From Catajapyx aquilonaris (lineage: Eukaryota), in NCBI GenBank assembly GCA_000934665.2, contig JYFJ02003509.1, positions 1 to 40,736 of the forward strand: 40,736 nucleotides of DNA. Direction: 5' to 3'. The notes under the pieces are model-generated. The model was given only the letters and a program-made list of their open reading frames with translations. It made no database searches and was not told the origin of the DNA. The number at the start of each line of letters is the position of its first letter. Position 1 is the first letter of the stretch. The position numbers were made by a program, and so were the translations under genes. Shown piece by piece: positions 1 through 11,450 of the stretch.

Positions 1-16
1 TCTGGATCCGCCCCTG
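1..16. mobile_element. Probable right-hand terminus of a short TIR element cut by the window edge
   Basis: TCTGGATCCGCCCCTG is the reverse complement of CAGGGGCGGATCCAGA, a common terminus of short non-autonomous DNA elements in invertebrates. The partner end lies outside the window. Confidence 0.4.
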
Positions 17-547
17 CCAGCCTGTGTGACCCTGCTAGTAGATGGCACTGTTACAGCTCTTGGGGGCATTGGAAAACTCAAACCTAATCGCCACTGCAAG
101 CTGAACATACCATTTGGGGGTGGGCCCTGTCAAAACATTTCCCTTCAACTTTTCCTAGAGTAGTCTTGCACCCCAGATATTTGTCCCTATATGTTCTGGT
201 TCTCTTCTGTGGAAGTTTTATTGAATAACGCTGATGAAGTATGTAAGTGCCACAGGCAGATATGCAGGTTGGTCTCTCACAGAACATGAACTTTACCTGC
301 GGTGCACAATAATCCGTATCCACTATTACATATTATAAATTGCCATTACATGTTGTCCATGAAATTAGGTCAAAAATTACCTACACTGTCTACTACTGAA
401 TCACTTACAGCCAGCCTAGTGGACAAAAGATTGTTTCAGTTGTGAAAGTTGCATTAACAATGTGGAGATTCTTTGCCTTAACGGCGCTCATTGAAACCAG
501 TAATTAGTTGCAAGGGTCCACAGAGGCAGCGTTTCCCTGGCGATTAC

Positions 548-694
548 CTGCAGCACGACTTCTACATCATAGCAGTTCCCCTTGGACTTCTGGTGCCCCT
601 GGAACTTGGATCCATTGTAGAGTAGTGACTTGGAGACACCAGGCTGCTTGGAGTTGGCCGGCGGAGGGGGAACTATGTCTATCTTCACAGGCAT
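548..694 (-). CDS. GID4: GID4 homolog (GID/CTLH E3 ligase Pro/N-degron receptor), first coding exon; the rest of the gene lies left of the window
   Basis: [49 protein letters not shown] matches vertebrate GID4 as I recall it ([42 protein letters not shown]). ATG at 694; phase-0 donor CAG|GTAATC at 548/547. Confidence 0.93.
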
Positions 695-1307
695 TGTCCC
701 TGTGGTGGTGGTGGTGGTGGTGGTGGTGGTGGGGCAGGGGGTGGGGGGGATGGGGGGACGGGGCCTGGGGTTGGCCCCGGGGCCGAGTAGGGGGGTCGGG
801 AGGGAAGTGGGGTCCGAGTCACCCCACTGGAAGGTCACAACTGGAGGCTGGACGGTGTGTGCCTAGTCCTCCCACCTCGTACGTCGTCAGGTGGTGGTGT
901 CTGGCCCCCAGGTGCAAGGGCTTCTGGTGGTGGTGAAGGGCTGGCTGCGAAAGCGAGGGCCACAAACGTGGCGGGCAAGACGAGGCAGGCGAAGGGCGTG
1001 TGTGTGTGTGTGGAGGGGGAGGCGCCAAATAAAATAAAAAAGTCCCAAGTCACACTCTGGTCAGGAGAGGATGAGGACTCACTCACTGGGCCCACTCTAC
1101 CACACGCTCTGGCAGGGTCGGGAGAGGATGGTTCCCTCGACGGATCACAGGTGGCGGGCGCACTGGCTGGACAGGCAGAGACACCTGTGGGGAGGCGGGA
1201 ACTGGGGGGCCACCTCAAAAGGGACGGAACGGAACCTACCGGCCACAGCGGCCAACTATTCCCGGAGTCCACTGATTACACCTTCCCTGGTCGGTGGAGA
1301 GGTGAAG
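695..1307. promoter_or_regulatory. GC-rich bidirectional promoter and 5'UTR region between GID4 and the KCTD gene
   Basis: Head-to-head ATGs at 694 (-) and 1308 (+), 613 bp apart. Contains (GTG)n at ~702-731, G-tracts at ~730-812 and (GT)n at ~997-1012. Confidence 0.7.
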
Positions 1308-4300
1308 ATGGCCGCTCCTGCTTCTGCTGCTCCATCCTCCTCGTCCCGCTGTGGCAGCCTGGAGATGGACTCGTGCTCGTCCTCCTCCGAGCCCATGGTG
1401 AACAACGTCGGAGGGATGCACCACAACTGCTGCCCCTGCTCGGGGTCCTCCTCGCTCCCAAGCAGCTGCTGCCACACCAACTCGGTAGCCAGCTGCGCCA
1501 GTGCTGCCCAGAGCCCGCCCGCCTCCTCCACCAGCAAGCAGTGGGTCAGGCTCAACGTCGGAGGGACCTGCTTCCTCACCACAAAGACCACCCTCTGCAG
1601 GGACCCAAAGTCCTTCCTCTGCAGGATCTGCCAGGAGGACTCAGACCTCATTTCAGACAGGGTGAGACGCTCACCTCTACACTTTGCTTATAGGGGAACG
1701 AGGAGGAGGAACAAAGCCCTGTTTGGTGTAACACATGCAGAGCCAAGGGTGGGGGAGCTACTGGCACTGATGTCATGCTGCATACATGAGGCATTTTCTC
1801 CCATGTGTTATAGGCTGCCCACCCTAACTTGCCATTGATGTCATAGTTTTGCATACCAATTCCTAGTCAGAGTAAATCTGCCACATGGACTCCTGGAACC
1901 TCGCACTTTTCAAGTCTCCATGGAGATGCCCGAACAGTTTTCTTTCGTCGACACTGTTTACTCTTATTTTTGTGAGGGCATCTACATGGAAATTTGGAAA
2001 GTGAAACAATGACGTCAATGGCAAGTTAGAGTGGGCTGCCTATACAATCAAGTTTCAGTGCAAGTCATCAGTAAATGGTACGGAAAAATTCAATTATGAT
2101 GTTCCTCTGAGGGTGTTCAAGTAACTAACCACAGGGGGTGGCTGAGACGGAAACGTCTCGGCTTGCTGAGTAGAAGGTCCCGGGTTCGATCTCCACCCAG
2201 GAGTTCCCTTTCACCTGCATCAGGAGGGTCTCTGACCCATGACTTGGAGGTGTCTGGCAACTTAGCCTTCAACCCAAGTATTCCAACATTGCACCTGCAC
2301 CTGTGTCTCCTCCCCGAAACATCCCCATCCCTACCTCATTATCCTTTCCTCCTTGCACGGTGACTGAAGAAAATTAAGTAAAATGGATGGGAAAATATAT
2401 GGTGGTGTTCCACCCCCCTAAGAACCCTGGCCCTATCACGGAGTAATACAAAAAAAGAGAAAAAGTAACTAACCACTTTGTCAGGCTGGCAAAGCAACAA
2501 ACATGATTGGGGACTGCATTGATGTCAATGACCATTCTTAAATGTCAGGTCTAGTTTGTACTCACTTTCATGGCTCTCTTCTTGTGGAATATCACCTTCC
2601 ATATTATATTTGACTGATTCTGGCATGCCTGTATAACCCATGGGTGGCCGGCATGCTGCAATAACTGAGGTAGATTTCCATCATTTTTATCCTTGTCATT
2701 TTCTGGTGGGAATGCTTCTGGTACCCTTCTAAAATAATGTTATGCTGAAAAAATGGGTGAGTGTACAGGGCTGTGAGAATAAGCAGGATCTGTTTCACAG
2801 TGCATATGAGAGTGTGACCAATCCCATCATCAGCTTTGAGAGGGGAACCCTCTATTCCATCACAAAGGATTAAGACAAACTCCTTCAGTATTTCTCTTTG
2901 CTCAATTGTTCGCTGTTCGGAAAATGTGCCTTTGCGATATACGTGGATTTCTATTTTCAGTGAAAAAAAATATCAAGTTCAGAAAGGATAATGCAAGTTA
3001 AAACCTCTCCTTAGACCGGCACACCTTAGTTTGACCGGCATGCCGGTATAGCCACCAGATCACGCATTTCTAAAAACTGTTCGACCTCGACTACACCAGC
3101 ATGCTGCTTTAAGTGAGGTAATATGGTACATGTGCCACACCATAGGACTTGACATGTTGTTGTTGAAGTGTTTCCCTCAATGCATTTCACATATTGAGTA
3201 CATTGCTAAATTCAGTGGCTGCCGCAGCGAAATAATCTAGTAACAATAAAATAACAATAAGTAACCAATAGGAGACCTCAGCAGTGCTGACAGCTCTGAG
3301 TTTAGCAACGCACTCATTGTTAGTGAGAATATTGTTATCACAATAGTATCCAAGTTACCATGCAAAAAACTGAAACATCTTGATCTGTACCAAACACAGC
3401 GGTAACATGGAATAATATTTTATTTAATGATATGGCTTCCTGCACAGTGCTTCATTTGTAGTGTATTTCATCTGAGTAGTTTTAACAAAAATTTTAACAA
3501 ATGAGAAGATTGCAGTATGTAATAGTGTGTGTCTGTTCACGCAGCCATATCTCTCCACAAAATTCACTTCCGCTATTCCACTTCTGAAGTGTGGTAGATA
3601 CCAGCTACTTGTTGATTACTTGGGTGAACAGAAGTGCTTGTGACTAAAATCTATGTAGATAATATAAGACCTCCAGCAACTAATCATGGCCTCTTGGTCT
3701 CATGTTTGAATTCTGGAATCTTGATGTTCCATGATGTTGCCATGATGTTCTATGGTGCTGCCAGCATTATTCGCATTTAAATACTCAATGATGTGTGTTT
3801 CCTTCTTGACCTCAGACCTTAACAAACCTGTTCCTAGGTGGCCTTGGAAGTATTTCAAACTGCTGCATCATAAGCTACATGAATTCTGTCAAGTGGAGTG
3901 TGGAGGATAACCAAACCTACCATCCTGCAATACTAATTTCTCTCAGAGGACTGTCATTAATATAAGGGTGTAGAGGAAGTTTTCCTCTTGAGCCACAAAA
4001 GGTGCTAAAGTACTTGCCAAGATCAGGATGAAGCTGAGATTTATATTCAGATATGCCAGTAGGCTAGGCATTCCCCTCCCACCTCCCCCCAGAACTGTCC
4101 ATAATGTTGTTGGATGACAAATTCAGAGATTCTGCAGCAACAGGCATAAATTTGTCAAAAATTATGTTGACAGAAAATAAAACCTGGTGGCCTTTCTGAG
4201 CCAGTCACAATCGTGGCTCTAAACCAGAGTTTCCCAAACTGTGCTCCGCGAAGCTTTTCCAAGTGCTCCGCGAGGAGGTTGGGAAAAAAATGAATTCTTC

Positions 4301-7296
4301 AATAAGCTATACCAAGGCTATACCCATTCAAATCTCTCAGTAGCTTGTGTGACCTTGAACCCAATTTTTTTTTTGCCTGCGGGCTCTTTCGCCCCTCCCA
4401 TTCTAATTGACTAATTTGGTGCTCCCCCTCCCCCCTCCAACCCGGATTTTTTTTCTGCTTACGCGGCTCGATGATCTTGGTGCTCTGTCTCGAATATCTC
4501 TCCTGAAATGTGCTCCGCGACTCAAAAAGTTTGGGAACCTCTGCTCTAAACAATCTGGATGGGATGGTGGTGTGGTAGTTAGAGGCACAGCCTTCCACCT
4601 CTGAGATTCTGTGGTTGATTCCCAGGTCGGACAGGATACATTCTCATTTTGAAGACGTTTTGATGAGTTTTTTTTTCAGAGTATTTTATTCTTCTTCTTT
4701 TAAGTGTCGTTTAACCTCTCAATGGTGCAACAAAGATCCCGTAAAAGAGCCTCTGCAGGCATATCACAGGTTATCCAATCAGATATTAGTTGTGGTTTTG
4801 TACTGTCTGACCACTTGCAATGGAAATCTTATTTGTAAGGGTTATTTTATGGGTAGTTCTTTTCAGTTTTACTTTTAAGATTTTAAAAAAATTGCCCATC
4901 CCATTCAGAAGTAGCCTACACACATATGTGACCATGTTCTGGGATGAAGGGAGATCTCCATCATTGCTTTACCTGAATGCCACCTAGGCTGTGATAATTA
5001 TTATTACAGCCTGATATCGCCCTCAGTTATTGCAGTGGGTTGTGTTTAGGTAAGGCAGTCACTTGGATTCAAACATGGTCATATTGCACAACATATTAGA
5101 ACCTGTGTTGTGGATGTAATATTTCATCATTAATACGATATGTATATTCGTAGATTCACTTAGTTGTTCATTTAGTTCACTTTAATAAACAATTTAGCAA
5201 TGATTTACAAATTATTGATATTACAGGATGAGAGTGGTGCCTACCTGGTGGATCGTGATCCAACCTATTTTGGGCCAGTCCTCAACTATTTGCGGCATGG
5301 GAAGCTGGTAATCAACAAAGATCTGGCAGAAGAAGGTAGATCAGACTCAACAGAAACTGTGATTTTCTCTAATACACTACATTTGAGCAGGTGTGTTGGA
5401 GGAGGCCGAATTCTACAACATAACAGAATTAATTCGACTGGTTAAGCAGCGCATTGTTGAGCGAGACAGACGGCCCCGGGATGGGAAGAATCATGTTTAT
5501 CGGGTGATTCAGTGCCATGAAGATGAACTTACTCAAATGGTCTCAACCATGTCTGATGGGTGGAAATTTGAACAGGTATATGTTGCATTGGTATAGTGTA
5601 CAGTGCTGGACAAAATAGCCGTCGCTGAATGTTTTTTTCCGGCGGCGGAGGCGGCGGCGTTACCTGGCAACCCTGTCCGGCGGGCCAATTCAAACATCAG
5701 CCCATGGAGACTGCTTCCATTGTTGCCACTGTTTACAAATCGAACGAGTGACGCGGATGACCCATCGACGGGTCTCTTCTGCCTGCGCACTCACTCACTC
5801 GATTTGTAAACAGTGGCAACAATGGAAGCGCTCTTCATGGGCTGATGTTTGAATTGGCCCCTTGGATGGGGTTGCCAGGTAATGCCGCCGCCGCCGCCTC
5901 CGCCGGAAAAAAACATTCAGCTATTATATCCAGCACTGTACTATAACTCTCAAAAACATAGAGACATCTCTTATGTTTTTGAGCAATATAGTACATGATT
6001 AATAACTTGTCCTGTGACTTTGTGATCAAACCATTCATGACTGGAGATCACAAATGCAAGTCATATATTTCCAAAAAGCCTGTTTAGATCTGAACAATTC
6101 AGTCACATGGCATAATTTGTATTTTTCAAGAACTGATGTTTAGAGGACTATGTCTTGAATTGCACATTTTCCAGAAGAATTTTAAGTGACTCACTGCTGA
6201 GAAAAAAATTGCATTTTAAACTGGAAGTGGGCATTTCCACGCAAACACAGACATATTGTCCGTTTGTTACGCAGGTTTTGCAGACATGTACTGGCGTATT
6301 TTATTGTAACAATACACACACAATCATGGCATGATATGGATTAGTATGCATACTTAATCCATTTCATGCCATGGTGTATTGTTACAATAAAATACGCCCG
6401 TACATGTCTGCAAAACCTGCGTAATGAACAGACAGTATGTCTGTGTTTGCTTGGAAATGCCCAATTACCCATGAAGTTGTCTGGATATTTCTGCTACCCT
6501 TTAGATTGAATGCATGATTGACCTTGCTTGGCAGGATTTTCAATTTTTTAAAAATAATACAAAAATTAAAGGGTTGAGTGGGTTACATTGCATGATGTAG
6601 AACAAAAATAACATTTGCTTTCCGTGAACTAGGATTGATTCATGATGGCTCTTGATGTTTTCTTTCAGCTGATAAACATAGGATCTCAGTACAACTATGG
6701 GAATGAAGACCATGCGGAATTCCTTTGTGTGGTGTCACGCGAGTATGGTGCATCTGCTTGCGACTCAAAGGACAGAGAGAACGAGTCCAGCGACAGGGCA
6801 AAGGTACCTTCTTAGAGCAATACTACTCTGGCCTTGTTTCTGTTTGCTGCACTTTTGGTTTGGACCATGGTTTGACCTTATTTTGCTACAACCAAAAGAA
6901 GGGTGAAAAATGTACTAACCCTTACCTTGTCACTTTCCTGTCATGTACTCAACAAAATAATAGACCCTAGGTTTTTTTGTTCATTAATTTTACCCTAATT
7001 TTTGAAGATTATATTTCCCCCCTCCATTTGCTAACCTAATAAAAAGTGAGCTTGGAATGGACCTGTGTGTTAGTTTTGCATGGCTCCCATTTTTAATTTG
7101 TAATTTTGTGTGTAGATTTTACCTATCCCATTTGTTGTGGCTTGCCATGTTCTTATCACATAAGGCAACGGACTAATAAGAAATGAGAAGTATAGAATTT
7201 GTTAACAAACATGTGAAGTATTGATCATCACAATTTCTTCTCTACTTTTCTTGCTCTTTCTCGTAGGTTCTTCAGCAAAGAGGCTCCCGAATGTAA
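1308..7296 (+). CDS. KCTD5: BTB/POZ protein of the KCTD5/KCTD2/KCTD17 (insomniac) family, CUL3 adaptor, ~270 aa; exons 1308-1661, 5227-5335, 5391-5575, 6669-6803, 7267-7296
   Basis: Motifs [116 protein letters not shown] and C-terminal LQQRGSRM. All introns GT-AG and in phase (813 nt). Start codon uncertain: in-frame ATGs also at 1365, 1395 and 1416. Confidence 0.95.
2133..2462 (+). mobile_element. Full-length tRNA-derived SINE (~330 bp) in KCTD intron 1
   Basis: Pol III A box TGGCTGAGACGG (~2139-2150), B box GGTTCGATC (~2183), A-rich 3' tail, and an exact 14-bp target-site duplication AAGTAACTAACCAC at 2119-2132 and 2463-2476. Confidence 0.9.
4225..4543. mobile_element. hAT (Charlie-like) MITE, 319 bp
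   Basis: TIRs CAGAGTTTCCCAAACT / AGTTTGGGAACCTCTG; exact 8-bp TSD CTCTAAAC (4217-4224, 4544-4551); subterminal motif GTGCTCCGCGA present three times. Confidence 0.92.
5601..5938. mobile_element. Fold-back MITE with TA TSD (Tc1/mariner-type), 338 bp, in KCTD intron 3
   Basis: Ends TA|CAGTGCTGGA ... TCCAGCACTG|TA. Imperfect inverted arms of ~140 bp (e.g. TTGCCACTGTTTACAAATCGA / TCGATTTGTAAACAGTGGCAA) around a ~55-bp loop. Confidence 0.88.
6229..6462. mobile_element. Almost fully palindromic MITE (GGG...CCC ends, PIF/Harbinger-like), 234 bp, in KCTD intron 3
   Basis: GGGCATTTCCACGCAAACACAGACATA ... TATGTCTGTGTTTGCTTGGAAATGCCC; arms pair in to the central ATGCAT (~6346-6351). Flanks AGT/AAT are an imperfect TSD, so the superfamily is tentative. 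Confidence 0.8.
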
Positions 7297-8110
7297 AGCT
7301 GGCATTTTAGGCAGGGGGCATAAAAAAGGAGGGGCAGAAGAAGATTAATGAGTCACAAATAGAACCACACCAAGTGTTCTTTGACGGATACTCAGAGGAA
7401 GAGAAATATTAACAAACCATTAAAGAAAAAAAATAATAGTGAGCGGACTAGATGAGAGGTAAAGACAACTTAGGATTTATTTATACTGAAAATAATAATG
7501 AAACAACAAAAAAAACAGAAGCCTGGGCCTTATAAACAATTCACAGTAGTACAGTATTTGCATATTAACTGTATTGTGGCAGCAGGGAAGGAGATTAATA
7601 CCAGTAAGAAAACGAAGTGGCAGTTAACCAAGTAATTCTTTTGTACATAATGTCAATTTAGACGCCCACTTGGCAACAGCCTTTTATCAACTGCAAACCA
7701 CCATGTGCATAAAGACAGAACAAGAGATAAAAAGCAAACCTAGTTGTTGTGACAAAAGTGTCTTTTACACTTAACTCTTAGCTGTTTTATGTGCTTTTTT
7801 TTCCTTTCCATTTTTAAAAAAAACACAGCAGCTAAGTGCTTTCCTTTGGAAGTCTGGGTTGTGGCTTTTTCCCAAGAGCTAAAGAAAGAAAGAAAGTAAG
7901 AAAAAGAAGAAACTGAACTGCAAGGAAACAAAATGAATTTATTTATTTTCTTTGTCATGGGAGATGTTGAGGGGGGTATGAACAACAAAATAATGACAAA
8001 CCATTTTGAATGTGACCTTTTTCTCTACTTTTGTTATAAATTTTGTAACGCATTAAAAGAAAGGGGCACAATAAGTCTCATTGGATCCTTCTCATTTTCC
8101 CACTCACTCT

Positions 8111-9476
8111 TCACGAGGCAGCAACTTGTTTGAGTGGTCCTTCCAGGTAGGTGGCAAGAGCTTGTGCCTTGGCCTTCAACATGCCGAAGCAGACTGGCTC
8201 CTTGGCATAAAGACACAAAAGAAGATTGGCCACACGAGTTATGGCAACTTTTCCTTCCTGTAAAATGAACGAAACATTTCAGGTAAGTTAAGTTAGCACT
8301 GACAAAGTTTGGATTGATACTTCACATCTCAAGTCATACATTTCTTTTGAATTTGCTTCATGTAGTTAATGTTACATACATTGATGTTTACAACAGTTCT
8401 GATCTATGGCAGCTTTTATCATCCATTATTACAGAGAACCTAGGTTTAAAGCATCATTGAGGAGCCACTGTCCCAAAAATTTGAACTCTAATTTGTATTC
8501 TTATCACCTTCAAACATGCCAGTGCAGGTCCTATATTTTTTTTGATGCTCCAAAAGAAGACTAATTTTTCAAGTTTGTAATTGGTGGGACCACATGGACA
8601 TTACGTGTAGCCCATAAAGTCATAGACAATGATGGAGCATGGCATGGCTATGGATTGGTAGGTGTTTGTTGCCTCCTACAGCCACATTTGGTGTCAGATG
8701 TGACTATCCAAAGGGGAGGATCTTTCCTTGCTTTTCCTAGGTTGTGAAGCTCCAACATGGCTAGATCAATTTGAAATGGGTGGCAGATGTGGGCATTGGT
8801 GAGCATGTCTATGCAGTATGTCATTAGGACTGGCTCATAGTCTAAAATAATGGTGAGAGGTCACTCCAAAGCTGGACATCCTAAATGCCCTCAAAGCATC
8901 TTGATTCCTTGCAGAAGTTCACCTGCTTCCAATACTTTACCATGCTTTGATTGTTGATTGGTGACAGATGAAGTCACAAGTAGCACAAGAACTTTACACA
9001 GCAATAATGACAGCAGTGCTTATGCTGGTGTTAAAACCAGTGCAACGCCTGCTTATATATGACAAGACCGAATATTAAAGCCAGTCAAATTAACACAGTT
9101 GGCTGTCGTGGAAGCACATTATTGGTCAGCATTGCGGAAATGAGGTGTGTGCGCCTGATAATCCATCCCAAACCCTGCCTCAACTTACCATGCACTCTAA
9201 AAGGACAAAGTTGAGCTTGTCCTCATTGAAGGCATTCCTCCCGTTCTTCTCATACGCAGCCCAGATGTTGCTGGCAATTGCAGCAGGAACCCTGGCATCC
9301 TTGTCTCCATACCCGCTGTAGGCCAGCAGCGACCCTTCGTGGTTCAGCAGCCTGATAACAAGATCCATGTTAGGGTCACATTTGACATTTGAATTGCATG
9401 TAACTCACAGCGTGTTGTGTATTCCTCCAGTGTTGGCCTGGCTCAGCACCTGTGTCAAAGCCTTGGGTTTCAGCAT
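8111..9476 (-). CDS. LAMTOR2: Ragulator subunit LAMTOR2 (p14, roadblock domain), 125 aa; exons 9476-9409, 9351-9189, 8257-8111
   Basis: [18 protein letters not shown]...[38 protein letters not shown]...[48 protein letters not shown]. In-phase GT-AG introns, 378 nt. Minus-strand AATAAA at 7942-7947. Confidence 0.97.
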
Positions 9477-9479
9477 CCT

Positions 9480-10950
9480 TGCAGACTGTGGTGGTGATTC
9501 CTCCTGATGTCACAATCTGGCACGTGATGACTCCCCCCTGTGCCTTTCCACAGATCCCAACAGATGTCTCCTCCGTCCTTCCTCACCTCCTCACCGGCCC
9601 CCTACCTTCCCCTCCCCTCCGCTAGATGTCCCTCCCATCTGAAGCCCCGCCTCCAGCCCTACCCGATCAGCCAATCAGCTCCCACCTTCCCGAATGACAG
9701 TGTCGCCAATCAATCAAAAGAAAAACCCGGTCTCATTTGCCCAATCCCATCCCAACGCAATTATAACTCCCCCCCTCCCCCTCTCCTCCCCTCCACACAG
9801 CTTTCCCTCCCCACCAATCTTTGCATGGAAATCACAGCCAAGGGGGAGGGGGGGAGGATGGGTGATGCAGGAGGGAGGGGAGGGGAGGGGGGGGGGGTGC
9901 AATTTTTTTGCCCATATTCCAACCACCCCCCCCAAAAAAAGCCTTTATCCCCCTAGTTAGAAGTCCTTTCTCTCTTTCGAGCCCGTTTTTCAATCCGGCG
10001 GTGACGAGGTGAATCACTCTTCTTTTTTACACATATCTAACTCTGGAATATTCCAACCCCTCCAAAAAAATAATTGGAGTGGGGGAGGATCGGTGTGCAA
10101 AAAATAAGTGCGATTTTTTTGGAGGGGGAGGGTGATTTGTGGGGGATGACCGCAAAATGTGACGTGTTGTGACGTGCACTCTTTTGTGTCCGCAATATTA
10201 ATTCCACCCTGTTTTAGCCCCATCTACTTTCAAGCCTGGTAGTTTCATCGCCCCCCACCTTCCCCAGCCACCCTGCTGCTTCCATCCCCCCCCCCCCTCC
10301 CGCCGCCTTCATTTCTTTATTGATTTCAATTGGAATTCCGCATCCCGGATACATGTCATTTAGCCGCATTTTCTCTTCATGCAGGGGGTACGTTTTGTGT
10401 GTTCTGATTATGACGTCGCGGAGACATTTTTTTAAAAAGGCTTCTAACCAACCCTGCTCGGAACTCCCCCCCCCCCTCCATCGCCGCTTCCCCCCTCTTT
10501 CCCCCCCTCTATCTTTTCATTCTGGCAATTCATTCGCCAGGAGACATTAAAAGGAATAATCCGTTTTACAAGATGGCTTGAAGCGGCAGCCATTGTTGCA
10601 CCGAGGGTCAGAACCCCGGGAAAGGGAAAAAAGAGTGAGCGAGGATATTGCGGTGGGGCAAGGCAGGCAGACAGCAGCTAGAGGAGCGAGAGTGGCGCTG
10701 TGGTGCGGCTTGTTTTTGTTGTTTTGTTGCCCTGCCGCGACCTTACCCGGCAGATAGGAGATAGCGTGGGTTTACTAAACAAAGGCAGAGGGAGACGCGT
10801 ACTATCTCCGCAGCCTTGCTCCCTCTTTCTCGTGCTGGTGGCGTTGCCTTCTCTCTCTTTTTTTTGTACCGTTATTGGGGGCTTATTTACGGTTGTGTGT
10901 GTGATGAGGGTGCAGTACGAGTTATGTATGCGGCAGGGGTGATTTTCTCG
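9480..10950. promoter_or_regulatory. Divergent promoter and 5'UTR region for LAMTOR2 and the Cys-repeat gene
   Basis: CpG-rich, with long poly-C and poly-G tracts (e.g. 9841-9898), TGACGT elements (~10159-10175, ~10411) and a YY1/Pho-like CAAGATGGC (~10569). The plus-strand gene has an acceptor at 11862 upstream of its ATG, implying a non-coding first exon here. TSS not localised. Confidence 0.55.
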
Positions 10951-11450
10951 GGTGCAGTGCGTGCTGTTGGCAGGGTGTCAAGAGAGTGGGTCGGTGAACT
11001 GGGATGCAATTTCACACTGCGTTATTGTTAATGGTGCATGGAAGGGATGCATTGGGAAGCAGTTGATGTTAACATTTAAGTAGGTTTATTGACATGTGTC
11101 GGGCCTACAAGGTTTTTACAGTACTATATGAAAAGCTGGCCAAAGGTCACTGCGGTTGTCTCAGACCTGCATGAAATGCAAATAATTTTTTTAAAGCGAT
11201 GAAATCTGTAGTGGGAGTTGCAGCATACCAAAAAACTTCTTGTATGAATGAAGTATTCATTACATGTGATAAAAATGTACATATAATGTCATCTTGGACA
11301 AAAACAATTTTTTGTGTGTGGGACAAGGTCTATTATGGGGTCATTACATGCAGGTTTCATTGCACAATATTTTCAGCCTTAAAGTCATGCTGATATCACA
11401 CTGATCAACAATGTAACTAACAAATGCATGTGATGCTAGTGCACTTCTAA

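Noticed and set aside
84..323. 79-aa Cys-containing minus-strand ORF
   Set aside because: Lies in GID4 intron 1, does not contain the expected next GID4 sequence (HVD...YLCGYL), and shows no recognisable motif.
508..1693. Long overlapping ORFs (poly-Trp, poly-Val, 278 aa)
   Set aside because: Alternative-frame or antisense readings of the GC-rich promoter, the (GTG)n repeat and real exons.
2139..2195. tRNA gene
   Set aside because: A and B boxes are present, but there is no convincing full cloverleaf or T-run terminator; TSD and tail show it is a SINE head.
5533..6038. Similar ORFs on opposite strands ([15 protein letters not shown])
   Set aside because: Artefact of the palindromic MITE at 5601-5938.
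9540..11031. Pro- and Gly-rich ORFs between LAMTOR2 and the Cys-repeat gene
   Set aside because: Produced by poly-C/G promoter tracts; no domain or splice support.
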